Source: Octopus bimaculoides (Eukaryota). From it: 64,000 nt of DNA. Positions within the stretch are counted from its first letter, which is position 1; every line of letters begins with the position of its first letter. The notes under the pieces were generated by a model. It did not search any database. It was not told the DNA's origin and was given only the letters and a program-made list of their open reading frames with translations. Positions 40,029-52,182 of this stretch are shown in pieces. A program made the translations under genes and the position numbers. The stretch covers positions 8,751,821 to 8,815,820 of the forward strand of contig NC_068982.1 of assembly GCF_001194135.2 (NCBI RefSeq), in the 5' to 3' direction.

Positions 40029-40190
40029 ATACATTGATCCCTCGTCTATCGACGTTCCACCCTGCCCCTGTGAAGTAGTAACAGTACTGTATATATTATC
40101 ATTTTTATAAATAGTATATATATATTTTATTATAAATGCAAGACAACACCACAGAGGAATCGACGTAGCCTTAAATAATAAATCACGATA
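40029..40190 (+). mobile_element. pogo/Tigger-like MITE, partial
   Basis: TACATTGATCCCTCGTCTATCG start; body ATAAATGCAAGACAACACCAC...TAAATCACGATAGG matches 51374-51610. Confidence 0.65.
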
Positions 40191-40545
40191 GGTAATGTTT
40201 TTTGTCGCGTTTGTTTATTTGTTTGTTTGTCCGTGGACGAGCTATCTCAAGAACCGCTAAATGGATTCGGATGAAACTTTGAGAGATGTTTGGCCTTGTG
40301 ACTGGCACGAACCGGTAAGATTTTGGGATCGATCCGATACAGGACAAGGATTCTGGATTATTTTTCCTGTTTGTTCACTTAAGGTTTGAGTGCGGTCGCG
40401 TTCACTTTTAGTATTGTCGTTTGTGAGAGCAGTCGAGTTTGATTCAGATATTCTTATTTTAAAATTCATCCCTGGCTAACCGTTGGGAGGACGTTGGTGT
40501 TGCCTTGGCGGAGTTTTACTCTCTCTGAGTGCTCCTGATGTTTAT
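40190..40545 (+). mobile_element. Non-autonomous Helentron/DINE-like element
   Basis: (TTTG)n near the 5' end, GGAT...GATGAAACTTT core and 3' CCTTGGCGGAG followed by a CTCTCTGAGTGCT hairpin, typical of Helentron-associated elements. Confidence 0.65.
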
Positions 40546-40609
40546 CATTTTAGTTTGATATCTTTATATATGTTCTAATCTGTCACGACCATTATAGGCA
40601 CCCGAAACT

Positions 40610-41250
40610 ATAAAACTGATGCCGTTTGTGTTCCATTTGAAATATTGGTTATTAACACTAGTGGAAAACTTACGGAGAGGTATGTCATCTCAACTGGCGG
40701 ATTGTCCCGGCATAAAGGATTTGGAATAGCAGTCAAATCGCGAAAATGGTGTTTAGAAAAACGAAGAACGACACGAGGTCGATAGAGAATGGATCGGGGT
40801 CCTGATTAGTGGAAGTACGAATTGACTATGTGCTACATGTAAAGCCTGTTATAGTAGCGATAGAAAATGCATTGTTGACACAGAATACATTTTTCTGTCA
40901 GTTCTGGTCTACCAATCACCCGAGTGGCTCTTCTCCGGATGCGATGAAGAATGTTAGCACGTATGGCAACCGCACATCCCAGATATCGGTTTAGTACACC
41001 ATTGTGGGCCTCACATGGGCCTTGTAGAATGCCAGCTGCTGTTGCAGACTGAAATGTCTTCTGGCACTAAAACGAGCTAATCATTGGGACATTGCTTTAG
41101 CCATGCTAAAAATTTACTTTCATCAGGGGAGACCCCCGTTAGAGCGAGACCCAATATTTAGACAGATCGTGAGATCCCCAGAAGAGAGCCACTGTTGTGT
41201 ATTTATGGTGTTAAAAGAAACAAGGGCGGAAGTTCCAGAAGAAGATACTC
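40610..41250 (-). mobile_element. CR1/Jockey-group LINE, degenerate 3' RT region
   Basis: LARFSARRHFSLQQQLAFYKAHVRPTMVY*TDIW...RIRRRATRVI resembles the LYKAQxRPxMEYCSHIW motif. Confidence 0.65.
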
Positions 41251-41295
41251 TCAACTTCTCCGGTTAAATCAATTCAATTCAAATTACGGTGAATT

Positions 41296-43970
41296 TTAAC
41301 CCATTTGTTCCGAGAATAACTTCTTATTCATGATTTTGCCGAAACTTTGTTTAAGAGTTATTTTAAATACCAGTTACATTGATTTGAAGCCAGAAATGTA
41401 AAATTCAAAATACATTCTTAAATAAACCCAGGTTCCATATGACACCGCTAGGATAATAAGGGTACAAAAATACAACTGTAATAATTTCTTCCTTTTTATT
41501 CTGTAATCGAATGTATAATATTTCCTCTTTTATAGCAGTGAAAATATCGAAAAGAAAAAAAGCAATATGATACATTTTATGGTAATTATTGGAAACAAAT
41601 GCTCCTTTATCATATATTTCATATATTATTATATTATGAGTTAGTCACGACAGTAACAGATTCTTTTTGTGATAATCTGCAAAACACGAGATACATAATC
41701 TCACATCGCATTTTCAGATTCAGCTCGAGTCTGTGATTTAAAAAAATCTCCTTGACATTTGCATCGCTTGTTCCCAGCTTCTGGTCGCACATAATGTTCA
41801 GAACCATCGTATCGCATATCAGAATCTCCTGGATATAATTTCCTTTGTTGCCTGAACTTTTTGGCTGAACCCAAAATCTTCGCAAGAATCACATGGCAAC
41901 TGCTCTTCTGAAGTCCAGTTGATCTAATGCAGAAACCTTTCCTCGTGCTAAAATCCAAGCATTTTGAGTGGAGACATCTACAGTGAAAAAAACTGCACCA
42001 CCATTTTCCCCGTGTATGCCAATGCGATACGCGTTGATGTTTTGGTCAATGTGACCGGTCCCTCCCACATTCTTATTGTAATTATAAACTGCTTGAGTAA
42101 CCGGTACTTCTATGTGTTTTGACTTCTCCTAATACCAGCTTTGTTAACGGTGTTTCCCATGAATGGTGGATCCCACTGTAACAACAGCACTATCCTTCCA
42201 TGTGTTGATTTCTATATCATTGGATTCCAGGACTCCGGTGACACTCTCTGAAGAGCCTCGTTCATTTTTTTTTTATCTAAACAGCGTACAGAGAAAATAG
42301 GGCACGAAGCACCTAATCTGTTTGCTCTCAAAGTACTTGTACCATTGTATCCCAAAGTTTTAAGATGATTTAGAAGTGGCACTGATATGCACAAGTTATC
42401 AAAATATACAAGATAAGGAAGGTGTTTTTTTCTTAACACTATAGGAATCCAGTAACTGAAGTACTGTTGGTGAACACTTTCCGGAAGTCGATTCTAATTC
42501 TACATTTCCGAAGTGGGTCTTCCCTTGATAGGGATCAATGGCTATTAGATATCGTGCGGACGAATTTTGACACTACATTTTGTAACCGAATCTTATAGGT
42601 TTATTGCGAATAGATTGCTTGCAACTATGCTTGGAAAAATATTCCACTATTGCTTCATCATGTGAAAAACTTGGTGCTGGAACAAAATGTTCCATAAATT
42701 TCTTTTGTAAATGAGATATGAGTGGTCACAGATTTGCAAATTTATCACTTTTATTGATATTATCTGCTGCATTGGAGTGAAGACAACACATTATAGCATC
42801 AAGCCGGTCGCGTCTCAGGGCATTACTGATAACTTCATTGAACGTATCCGTTGTATGTGACGAATACATATGACGATGGGGTAATTGATTATATCCTGCC
42901 ACTATGAAAATTGCAAGGAACACTTTGAATTCATTCAAGGATATATTTATATCAGTCCAATTCTGTTTCAAGCAGTATTTTGTCATTTTTTGCATTGAGT
43001 ACTCAATTATATCATCGTCATAAAGTAGCTCAAATAATACCACTTCATTAAAATCCCTGTATTTTGAATAGTTAGGCTCAGGAAAACTGAAGGGCATCAC
43101 TTGTGTTTCGGCCTTTTACCAAGTAATTTTGGCATGTTTTCTTCTGTTTCCCATACCTGAAGCCTGTCCAGCTTCCGTAGAACTTTCCGCGTCACTTCGT
43201 TAACTTTTGTTTTCCTACTTAGTGATTGTCATTGTGCTGGAGCGCATAGTTGGTTTCCTGGGAGATGATGGGTGTGTTGAACGGTGTCAGCTTTATCTTC
43301 TTTCCCCGAACCCTCATCTGTCAGGTCAGTAATCTCAGCAGATTCAATGAAAATATCAAGAGGGCCGTCATCCACCTGTTCGATAAAACTCAAAATTTCA
43401 TTCAAAGACAGTTCACGTTTCCTGTAAAAAAGACACAATAGTTGAACACTAGAAACTTTAGCACTCGGAACTTGCAGACCTCCGCCAAGCAGCATGCCTC
43501 TCTCCACCCTACTATTTTGATTTACACCACATCACCTCCAAAATCAAATCATGTGCTCCTTGTCTTATTTCGAACATTTTCTGAGAATTTCATCAAAATC
43601 CATCCATAATCGTGACTGATAGACAGTCAGACGGATGGACAAAACAAGGACGGCAAAAATATAACACCGTTGACGAAGGTAATAACACGTACAGTAAGAG
43701 AAGGCTATGCTTCCATTGCTGAAAGTCCATGATCCAAAATAATAAACCTAATAAATCCCCCCCAAATAAACCTAAAATATAGGAAATACCACATGTTGTA
43801 CAGTGTATTTCCTAACGGTGCCATATGGCACCGTAAAATAATTCAACAAAACAAACTTCACTGCAATAGATGTTATGGATTATTTTTATTTGTCCCTATC
43901 TCTAACGAAGTATTTATATATTATTCTAATAAAATACAAGATATTTGACCATATTCCTGAAAGAGTAAAC
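41296..43970 (-). mobile_element. piggyBac element with pseudogenised PGBD3-like transposase (about 41640-43430)
   Basis: LSLNEILSFIE...LPGNQLCAPA (N-terminus), FELLYDDDII...FLAIFIVAGY...RRDRLDAIMCCLH, YFDNLCISVPLLNHL...GYNGTSTLRANR and RYDGSEHYV..RC. TTAA|CCCATTTG at 41296. The other terminus is uncertain. Confidence 0.85.
43447..43688 (-). mobile_element. Non-autonomous Helentron/DINE-like element nested in the piggyBac
   Basis: Minus strand TTATTACCTTCGTCAACGG...GGATTTTGATGAAATT...CTTGGCGGAGGTCTGCAAGTTCCGAGTGCT: sub-terminal inverted repeat plus 3' hairpin. Confidence 0.7.
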
Positions 43971-44123
43971 AAAGTTATTCACCTCTTTAGTGAAGTCCTC
44001 CCCTCAGAGGATGTTTTTCACATTAGCTGACAAACACACATGCTCACTCTCCCAAGGTCGCTCAGCTTCAAAACTGTTGCATCATACATTGAGGCAAGAA
44101 CTATTCCTAACATGTTCAATACA

Positions 44124-44385
44124 TTGGAGTAAAGATTATTAGCCTACATAACATGGCAGTCCTAGTTTAGGACAAATGTTGCTGTAATTTAGCCCCCAAG
44201 AGACATCGTCTCCAGCTGACTATACGACACGATCTGTGTCCTTATGTTTTTGAGCAAGGGAAAATATAAGGACACAGATCGTGTCGTATAGCCAACTGGA
44301 GACGATGTCTCCTGGGGCTAAATTACAGCAACATTCGTCCTAAACAGGACTGCCATGTTATGTTGGCAATTAATCTTTACTCCAA
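44124..44385. mobile_element. Near-perfect hairpin (MITE-like), about 125-bp arms
   Basis: 44124-44250 is the reverse complement of 44261-44385 with few mismatches; loop about 10 nt. Confidence 0.85.
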
Positions 44386-44754
44386 AGTACTGTTGCTGAA
44401 TATCTCTCGTTGTGAGACTTACAAATAGTAATTTTCTAATGTTCAATACATGTTCCATAGAAATTACCGTTTCTGTTATTGTTATAGATTTTTTTTCTAT
44501 ACCCAATTTTTGCAGTGCTCGCTAATATTGAATGGGTTAAGAGAAAATTAGAAAAGAACGAAAGTTCCTGCTATCTGCATGGGGAAATGCATTTTTCAAT
44601 GTGGCGGCAGGTACGTGTATTAAAGAAAGAGGGTGCGGGTTTCAAACTTTATCGCTGGGGAACACCAAAGTGATTGAAACTTCGACATAGACTTCCACTA
44701 GCATACGGTGCGTAATAAGAAATAATATGTATATAATCTCTCTCTTTCTCTCTC

Positions 44755-44801
<47 letters not shown>

Positions 44802-45114
44802 TCGAAATTGCTTAAAGTTACATAGTAATGACAAACGTGCTATTATTAGATCTCTGTAAGTTAATTTTGGAAGTTCTGAATATTTTTTAACATGCCATTT
44901 GTTGAAAATTTCAGACGAAGACCTAAACAGTCATTTAGGAATACACAGTCTCTGACACGTGCGCAGCTGTCCACATAAACCCAGTTGTTTTTCGCATTAC
45001 TGTACAGTTCAAATTTTTAGTATGCAAAAAGACTAGTTTGTATTGTGTTAATTGCGGGCTCTTTTCTTTATATTTCAATGAACAGGAAACTACTTTACAA
45101 ACAAATATATTCTT

Positions 45115-45300
45115 TTCTACTCTAAGAACAAGGTCCGAAATTTTGTGGGAGGGAATCCAGTCGATTACTTAATTTATCGGCCTCGGAAGGATGAAAGGCA
45201 AAGTCGACCTCGGCAGAATTTGAAGTCAGAACGTAAAGACGGACGAAATATCGTTGAGCTTTTCTCCCGGCATGCTAACGTTTCTGCCTGCTCGCCGCCG
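45115..45300 (-). mobile_element. SINE family B copy
   Basis: GGATGAAAGGCAAAGTCGACCTCGGCAGAATTTGAAGTCAGAACG. Confidence 0.85.
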
Positions 45301-45332
45301 TACTTTACAAACCAATATAATAGTCACTATAT

Positions 45333-47105
45333 AAGGCGGCGATTTGGCTTAAACGTTAGCACGCCGGACGAAATGCTTAGCGGTCTCTGTGAAGTTAATA
45401 CGTGAGTTTATGTTGAACTGTTTATTGAATTGTTTGAATTGTTTTCCCACTGTGGGAAAATGAAGAAGGAGGCAGAGGCAAGCCCAAATTATGCGGCTGC
45501 AACTGGCAAATGAGTAGACGAGAGAGTTGGAGGTCCGCGAGATAAAAGTGGAGCCTAGAAAGCTGAAGGAGAGTGATAAATTAATCACAAAAGAAGGAAA
45601 CATTTTGAAGCTGACACCGCCTGAAGAGCTATCGGCCAACGGGACAAAAAGAACGGTTATATTTAAAACCATGAAGGCAGCCACAAGAAAGATAGAGATT
45701 GCATCAATAGAGGCCATAGAGGAATATGTTAAGAATATAAAAAGATTCACAACGGAGGAAGAAGCAATAAAGCACTCCACAGAGGCAATAAGGACAGAGG
45801 AATGGGTGCTCTTGCCTTCGTACTGCGACAAACGAGTGGCCAAGTTGCGAGTGGGTAAGGTGCCATCGGAATTGAAAGAAGAATGGCCGAGGACAGCCAT
45901 TATATATAATATGAAAAACAGGAAGTTTCTGAAGGCTACAAGGACCCAGAAGGTAGATTACTGGGGATATGGTATCGAATTAACGATTCAGGCAACAACG
46001 GTGGACTTGAAAAGTGTGGTGGAAGAGATTGTGGTGCCAGAAGATATGAAGCTGAGAGTTATTGTGGAGGGTAGGCCGCCATTGTGTTTCACATCTGGAG
46101 AAAGGGGCCACATGAAGGCATGGTGCACCCAAAGAAAGCCACAAACAGAACAGGAGGAGAGACAGGAGAGGGTGGACCAAGGAGTACAGGGCAAGGCAAC
46201 AGGAAAAGAAACAGAGAAGGGATTCACTATGGTTAAAAAGAAAAGAAGGTGGAGCGGAGGAATGAGTTCTCCGCCAGAGAAGCAGAAAAAGAAGAGAGAG
46301 AAGAGGTGATAAAAGAAACTGTTTAGAAGGGCAGTTGGAAGGAAAAAGAAAGTAAAAAGAAAGTGGAGTTACCCGTGGAGAAAGTGTGGGAAACCCAACT
46401 GTATGAAGGTGAGATGGAGAGACTATTTATGGGGGAAGAAAAGAGACAACCAAACGTCCAAGAGAAAGGAAAGACAAAAAGGGGAGGAGAATGAGTATGG
46501 TATTATGGGACTACCCAAAAAATGTTGAAACGGAGAAAATAATAATCAAGTTTCATTCAATAGTAAGAGTGAAGCTGTCTTTATGAGTCTACGTAGAGGA
46601 TATGAAGGCAATATTGATCAAGGAGGAAAACTACAGAAAATTGAAAGAGATGTGTGGGGATAACGTTGACCCCCCCCCCCCCAGGAGTAGAGGTGGAATT
46701 TAAAGAGTTGCCACCAGTAGCGGAGTTAAGAGATATCGAACCACTAATTAAGTTCTACTAAAGACAAAGAAAAAGTATGAAATTAAAGGAAATAAAAAGA
46801 ACAATTGTAAATAGTACATATAACGGTTCAAACGGTACTGCATGCGAGTGGGGCCCATGCGGCTATTTTCATTTTTATATAACTTTCATTTCAGTTACAT
46901 TCGTTTTACGTTTTTTGTCCCCACTGTGGTCTTGTCTGTCCTTGTGGAGTCTCCATCTATGTTTAGGGCTTTATGCCTGATAAAGAAATCGGTATGACGT
47001 TTTGAGTTCAAATTCAGCCGAGGTCGACTTTGCCTTTCATCCTATCATGGTCGTTAATTAATCTCCCTCCCCCCAAATTTCAGGCCGTGTCCCTAGAGTA
47101 GAAAA
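45333..47105 (+). mobile_element. SINE family B split in two (45333-45384 and 46990-47105) by a nested insertion
   Basis: The head ends ...GAAATGCTTAGCGGT and the body resumes CGGTAT...GAGTTCAAATTCAGCCGAGGTCGAC. Confidence 0.8.
45385..46989 (+). mobile_element. ORF1-only L1/Tx1-derived retroelement (HAL1-like)
   Basis: Short 5' UTR; ATG at 45460 (MKKEAEASPNYAAATGK); frameshift into the 45527-46309 ORF with the zinc knuckle RPPLCFTSGERGHMKAWC; disrupted continuation to PLIKFY* at about 46761; about 230-nt UTR ending GATAAAGAAAT. No APE/RT ORF2. Confidence 0.7.
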
Positions 47106-47295
47106 GAAATGTTAGCACGCCGGGTAAAATGTTTTGTAGCATTTCGTGAATCATTACTGTGCGAGTTCAAATTCCACCGGGGTTGACTTTGCTTCTCATC
47201 CTTTCGCGGTCGATAATGCAAGTAGAAGTTGAGTAGAGGGGTCGATTTAATCGCCTTACCACTCACTGGAAATTGCTGCCCTTGTTCCAGCATTT
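47105..47295 (+). mobile_element. SINE family B copy
   Basis: GTTAGCACGCCGGGTAAAATG...GAGTTCAAATTCCACCGGGGTTGACTTTGC. Confidence 0.8.
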
Positions 47296-47689
47296 GAAAC
47301 CAATATATCAAGTCACCATTTTCTGCAGACATTTTATCAAATCATAAGCTATTACAGGGTTATTTATCAACGAATCATTTCTGCCATAAAGAACGAAATA
47401 ATCCAGCTTAACTGGTATCATTAAACATATAAGATACAGTAAAAAATATCTTGCTATGTGCTTGCGACAAATAAACGCAAGCCGATGTATCATGTTATTA
47501 TCATGATCAATGAGATATGCCAATCAGCAGAAGCAAAATGCATGTGACTGACCATAGTTGCTTATTGCCGCTGAAAAATAATCATTTTATAACTGTCAGT
47601 TCCGCCATAAAGAAGAATTTCAAACTTTATACTGCAGCATATTAATTCAAAAGGTATGTTATAACTCTTGTTTAATTTCCCAATTTTAT

Positions 47690-47713
47690 TTTACAAGTCT
47701 ATGTTTTTCAAAT

Positions 47714-47767
<54 letters not shown>

Positions 47768-48300
47768 CGTGTATATATATTCTCATGTTCAGTTATTGTC
47801 TAGCTTTTTTACATAACTGTGTAACTACCATTTTATTTCCTTCGTTCTTTCTCTGTTTTTGCACCCTTCCTTCTACATTTCCTAGTTTTCTCTCCACACT
47901 GGTATTGTTTCCTCTCTACATTTGCATCTACATATATACTCTCTCTTAGTTCTTTAATTCACCTTTCTATTTCCTTCTTTGTCTACCGGTTTCACTTAAC
48001 AAATCTTCTTGTCTTTTCCCCTACTTCACATAGCTTTTCCCTTCTCACCTTCATTTAACGCTTTCCTTTCTACAGTCTTTCTTTCATCATATCTGTTTGT
48101 TTCTAAATATCTTGCCACTTTTCCGATTCATTCATTCTTACTCTACCTCTTTTTTTTTTCTTTTGCTCTATATGGTTCTTCGTCTCTCTGTCTTTCTCTC
48201 AACTCACTAATACTCTGTTTTTTTGCCCTTTTTCCGTTTTTGAAATTACCCGTTTTATTTCAACACTGATCTCAATTCCTATTTTTCCAGCTCTTTAAGT
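47690..48300 (+). repeat. Pyrimidine-rich low-complexity tract
   Basis: Strong C/T bias on the + strand; the Phe/Leu/Ser-rich ORFs here are compositional artefacts. Confidence 0.7.
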
Positions 48301-48881
48301 ATATATTAAGTTCTAGTTCCAAGCTTGTCCACGATGTTATTTTTCAAGAAAAATTTTCTCATATCTACTTTTATGCTATATATTGAGCAATATTGACGGA
48401 AGATTTCGAAATTGTTATTATTTTTAGACTAATAAGACCAGGACTTGAACTAGCATGTTCACAACCATTATGGTTTCCATTTTTTCCTATGTTCTTACAT
48501 TCACTTTGTCCACATTTTATTTCACACGCTCGCGCGGACGTGCAGACACAGACACACACTTATTTGCTTTTGGGATTTAATATTGCTCTTCGTTAAGCTT
48601 TCGATAATATTATTTTAATGGCCTGTTTAATAAGCTGTATACTAAATTTATTTTCGATATTTACTTCGTAGGGTAACAATTATCTGCATTTATCTTCGCT
48701 CTTTCAACGTTATCTAACGAAATCGATGGTATACAGGATAGTCAAATGTCAGTTTTCTAGTTTAACGCAAATGCTTTAGTAGTAATATAATTAATTATAG
48801 ACAAACTGTAGAATAATTTTAACAAATGGAAACCCGTGCTACACTTTTTTTGCTTAATTTTATAATATTCATAATCCTTGG

Positions 48882-49110
48882 GGCAGTGTGCTGGCAGAAA
48901 CGTAAGCACGCCGAGCGAAATGCTTAGCCGTATTTCGTCTGCCGTTACGTTCTAAGTTCAAAATACCGCCTAGGTTGACTTTGCCTTTCATCTTTTCGGG
49001 GTCGATGAATTAAGTACCAGTTACACACTGGGGTCGGTGTGATTGACTTAATCCCTTTGTCCTTGTTTGTACCCTATTTGTTTAGCCCCCTGTGGGCAAT
49101 AAAAATAAAT
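48882..49110 (+). mobile_element. SINE family B variant with a different 3' tail
   Basis: Family B head and core, then TTGTCCTTGTTTGTACCCTATTTGTTTAGCCCCCTGTGGGCAATAAAAATAAAT. Confidence 0.85.
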
Positions 49111-49263
49111 ATTTATAATCTTTATTGCCGCAGAGCGAGGCAACTGGATACCGCACCTAACGGAAGTCTTTCATTTGGTCTCTTCTTTATCGGTTCAAAA
49201 TTCGTTTCATGGAATATGGTCCTTCATCTCTCTCTCGTGGATTTAAACATATTTAAGCATATA

Positions 49264-49658
49264 GGCGCAGGAGTGGCTATATGGTAAAAAGATTGCTTTT
49301 CGATCATACGGTCCGGGTTCAGTCCCACTGCGTAGCACTTTCGGCAAGTGCTTTCTACTGCAGCCTCTGGATTTGGTAAACGGAAACTGAAAGAAGCCCT
49401 TTGTGTGTGTATGTATGTGTATATATATATATATATATATATACATACATACGTGTGTGTTTGTGCACGCATGTCTTCGTGCTTTTGTTTGTGAGTCACA
49501 ACGGGTGCTTGTTTGTTTACGTTCCCGTAACTTAGCGGTTCGTCAATAGGCCATGATGGAATAGGTATTAAGCTTTAAACAAATAAGTGCGGGAATCGAA
49601 TTTTCAAGACGGTATCCGAACATGGGCCCAGTCTAATGATTGAAATAAGTAAAAAGAC
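49264..49658 (+). mobile_element. SINE family A, near full length
   Basis: GGCGCAGGAGTGGCT head, GGGTTCAGTCCCACTGCG, internal microsatellite and family tail. Confidence 0.85.
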
Positions 49659-49805
49659 AAATGACATACTACAAATCTAAGATGCTTGTTGTTGTTAATC
49701 CGCAGATCTTGGTCAAGTAGATATGAGATTAAATAAGTTCTGACTATAAACATATCGACTTTTCCTACTTATTAATTTCAGATGGCATTATCTCTTATTA
49801 TATCC

Positions 49806-50025
49806 GAAGGCGGTGAGGTGGCAGAATCGTTAGGACACCGGGCGAAATGCTTAACAGGATTTCAGCCGTCGTTACCTTCTGAGTTCAAATGTCAGCGAGG
49901 TCGACTTTGCCTTTCATCCTTTCTGGGACGATAAATTAAGTACCAGTAAATCACTGGAGTCGATGTAATCGACTAGTCCCCTCCCCAATAATTTCAGACC
50001 TTGTGTCTATAGTAGAAAGGATTAT
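49806..50025 (+). mobile_element. SINE family B copy
   Basis: AAGGCGGTGAGGTGGCAGAATCG...GGTCGACTTTGCCTTTCATCC. Confidence 0.9.
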
Positions 50026-50085
50026 CTCTTATGTCCGACGTGAAAATATCTATCATGTTGTTTTAAAGTTGTTATTCATTTAAAT

Positions 50086-50338
50086 CAGTGTTTCTCTACC
50101 TAATTTTTTTTTTACGGATGGATCCATTTCATACCTATTTTACTCAGATGGACTCACCTAACCATTTGTTGTTTATAAAACCTTATCACAATTTTTTCAA
50201 TTAAATATTTAAAAAATGTATTTAAAGAAAAATATGTTGTGCAATTTAGAAATATAATCTATTTATTGCAAATAAATTTTAAGCAACACATTAATATGGG
50301 CTCCCAAGGGTCTTATGGAGCTCGTTTGAGAACCACAG
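50086..50338. mobile_element. hAT-family MITE
   Basis: CAGTGTTTCTCTAC ... GTTTGAGAACCACAG termini with 8-bp flanks ATTTAAAT/ATTTAGAT (TSD, one mismatch). Confidence 0.75.
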
Positions 50339-50597
50339 ATTTAGATAAGCTGTGATTTGAGAAAAATTTGGCTGCTATTTCTAGCAGCTGGATCATTCTT
50401 AGCTAGATAATTGAGCCTACATTCTACTGACATGTGTGTGGGATACACTAACGCTGTTCCAATAAATCGTCCAAGGTTAGTTACTATGGCTCATTACTTG
50501 GTATTTAACACAATTACTTCGTACATTGAGAAAATAAATAGAAATACGTGGGCGAGAAATGTTCGGTTAGAATTTAAGGAAGCAATTAACTGCTAAA

Positions 50598-50800
50598 TGG
50601 AGGCACATGGCCCAGTGATTAGAGCAGCAGACTCGCGGTCGAGGGATCACTGGTTCGAATCTCAAACCGGGTTATGTGTGTGTTTATGAGCGAAACCCCT
50701 AAGCGTCACGCGGCTCCGCCAGAAGGTAATGCGGAACTTCTGCTGACTCATCCGGCACAAATTTCTCTCACTCTTTCTTGCTGCTTCTAGCAGCTCACCT
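50598..50800 (+). mobile_element. SINE family D (tRNA-derived head)
   Basis: TGGAGGCACATGGCCCAGTGATTAGAGC (A box) ...GGTTCGAATCTC (B box), followed by a non-tRNA body. Confidence 0.65.
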
Positions 50801-51373
50801 CAATGATAAAGAATATTCAAGCAATATATGTTCTTCATTTTTAATGTTCCGAGGAAGCTGTAAAGTGAAGCACAAATACACAGCGCTGACGTATAGCAGA
50901 AATGTCCGGAAGCTAATGAAGTTGATTATGCAATTTTTGTTTCATTGTCACTCTCTTCATTTAACATATATATGTGTGTGTGGGTGAGGAGGTGTAAAAT
51001 TTAGAATCATCAGTCTACGACCACTGCTTATAAATGATCTCAAATGCGAAGATTGTTTAGCTAAGCAGGTTGTTAGTAGCTTTTGCCGTTACAATTCTGT
51101 AAATATTAACTTATATTCCAATGATATTCAAAGACACGACAACTAGATATTGTGAATTGACAACTTTCTGAAGTGGCTGATAGAAAAACAATGCTTCTTA
51201 AATGGTCGGCTGTGTTACACTCATTCAAGTGTAGATTATCTGCTTTTAGCTGCCACTCGTTCATGTAACTTAAATAGTCAAATGATTGCTTGTTCGGACG
51301 AGGAGTTCCGATACAAAAATAGTATCAGAAACGAGTGCAGATATTTATGGGACTTCTAACTGTATTTTTAAAT

Positions 51374-51610
51374 ATAGAGTAATCTCTCGACTATCGCGGG
51401 CGTTACGTTCCAACCCCACCCCTCCACCACCGCGATAGTTGAAAATCCGCGAAGTAGAAGCAGTATTGTGCTGTATATATTTAAAAATTATTTTAATAAT
51501 TTGTATATATTTATTCAATATAAATGCAAAACAACACCACGGATGAATCAACGTAAGCTTAAATGATAAACCGTGATTGGTGAACCGCGATAAGGCGAGG
51601 GATTATTGTA
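51374..51610 (+). mobile_element. pogo/Tigger-like MITE
   Basis: TAGAGTAATCTCTCGACTATCGCGG ... CCGCGATAAGGCGAGGGATTATTGTA terminal inverted repeats. Confidence 0.75.
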
Positions 51611-52182
51611 TGTGCTTGTATACACATGGTGAGTTGTCAGATAATTTCGTTCGTTTTCTTTTTTTAATAGGCACTCACACGCCTGGAAAGAGATAAAATT
51701 TATTCAAATTACAAATGCAGTAGCTAAACCTTGTAAAGGAAAGACTCCGCTACAGAAACCATTAAACACTACGATAAAAGTAATTTTTTTGTTAATTCAT
51801 ACAAAAATATTTTATATCCAATATAAAAGAAATACGGAAGAAAAACGGACGAATTGATCTGACAACGCTATATATATATATATATATATATGCATAGGAA
51901 ATCAGATAGTCCTATGTATGTGTGGCGTGTCTGGTGTATGTGTGTATGCGCGCGAAAACACCCATATATGTTCTTTCAGCTAAAATTATATGTAGTTATA
52001 CTGTGCTGTAGATCTATCCAAACATGTGTCAAATAAATTTATATCAGGAAATTTGTTATCGTTTTAATATGGAGACCTCTTCTAAATTTAAATTTGTATT
52101 GATACTCTATATTTAGTTTTGTATTTGTTATCTCAATTTTACTTTCATTTTCAACATGAAAATGTTCCATTATATACACACA

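Noticed and set aside
44531-44540. AATGGG|TTAA as the right end of the piggyBac
   Set aside because: Only CCCATT matches the left end, and an unrelated hairpin element lies in between.
47308-47523. 71-aa ORF with a hydrophobic stretch
   Set aside because: Expected by chance in AT-rich DNA; no homology or clear splice signals.
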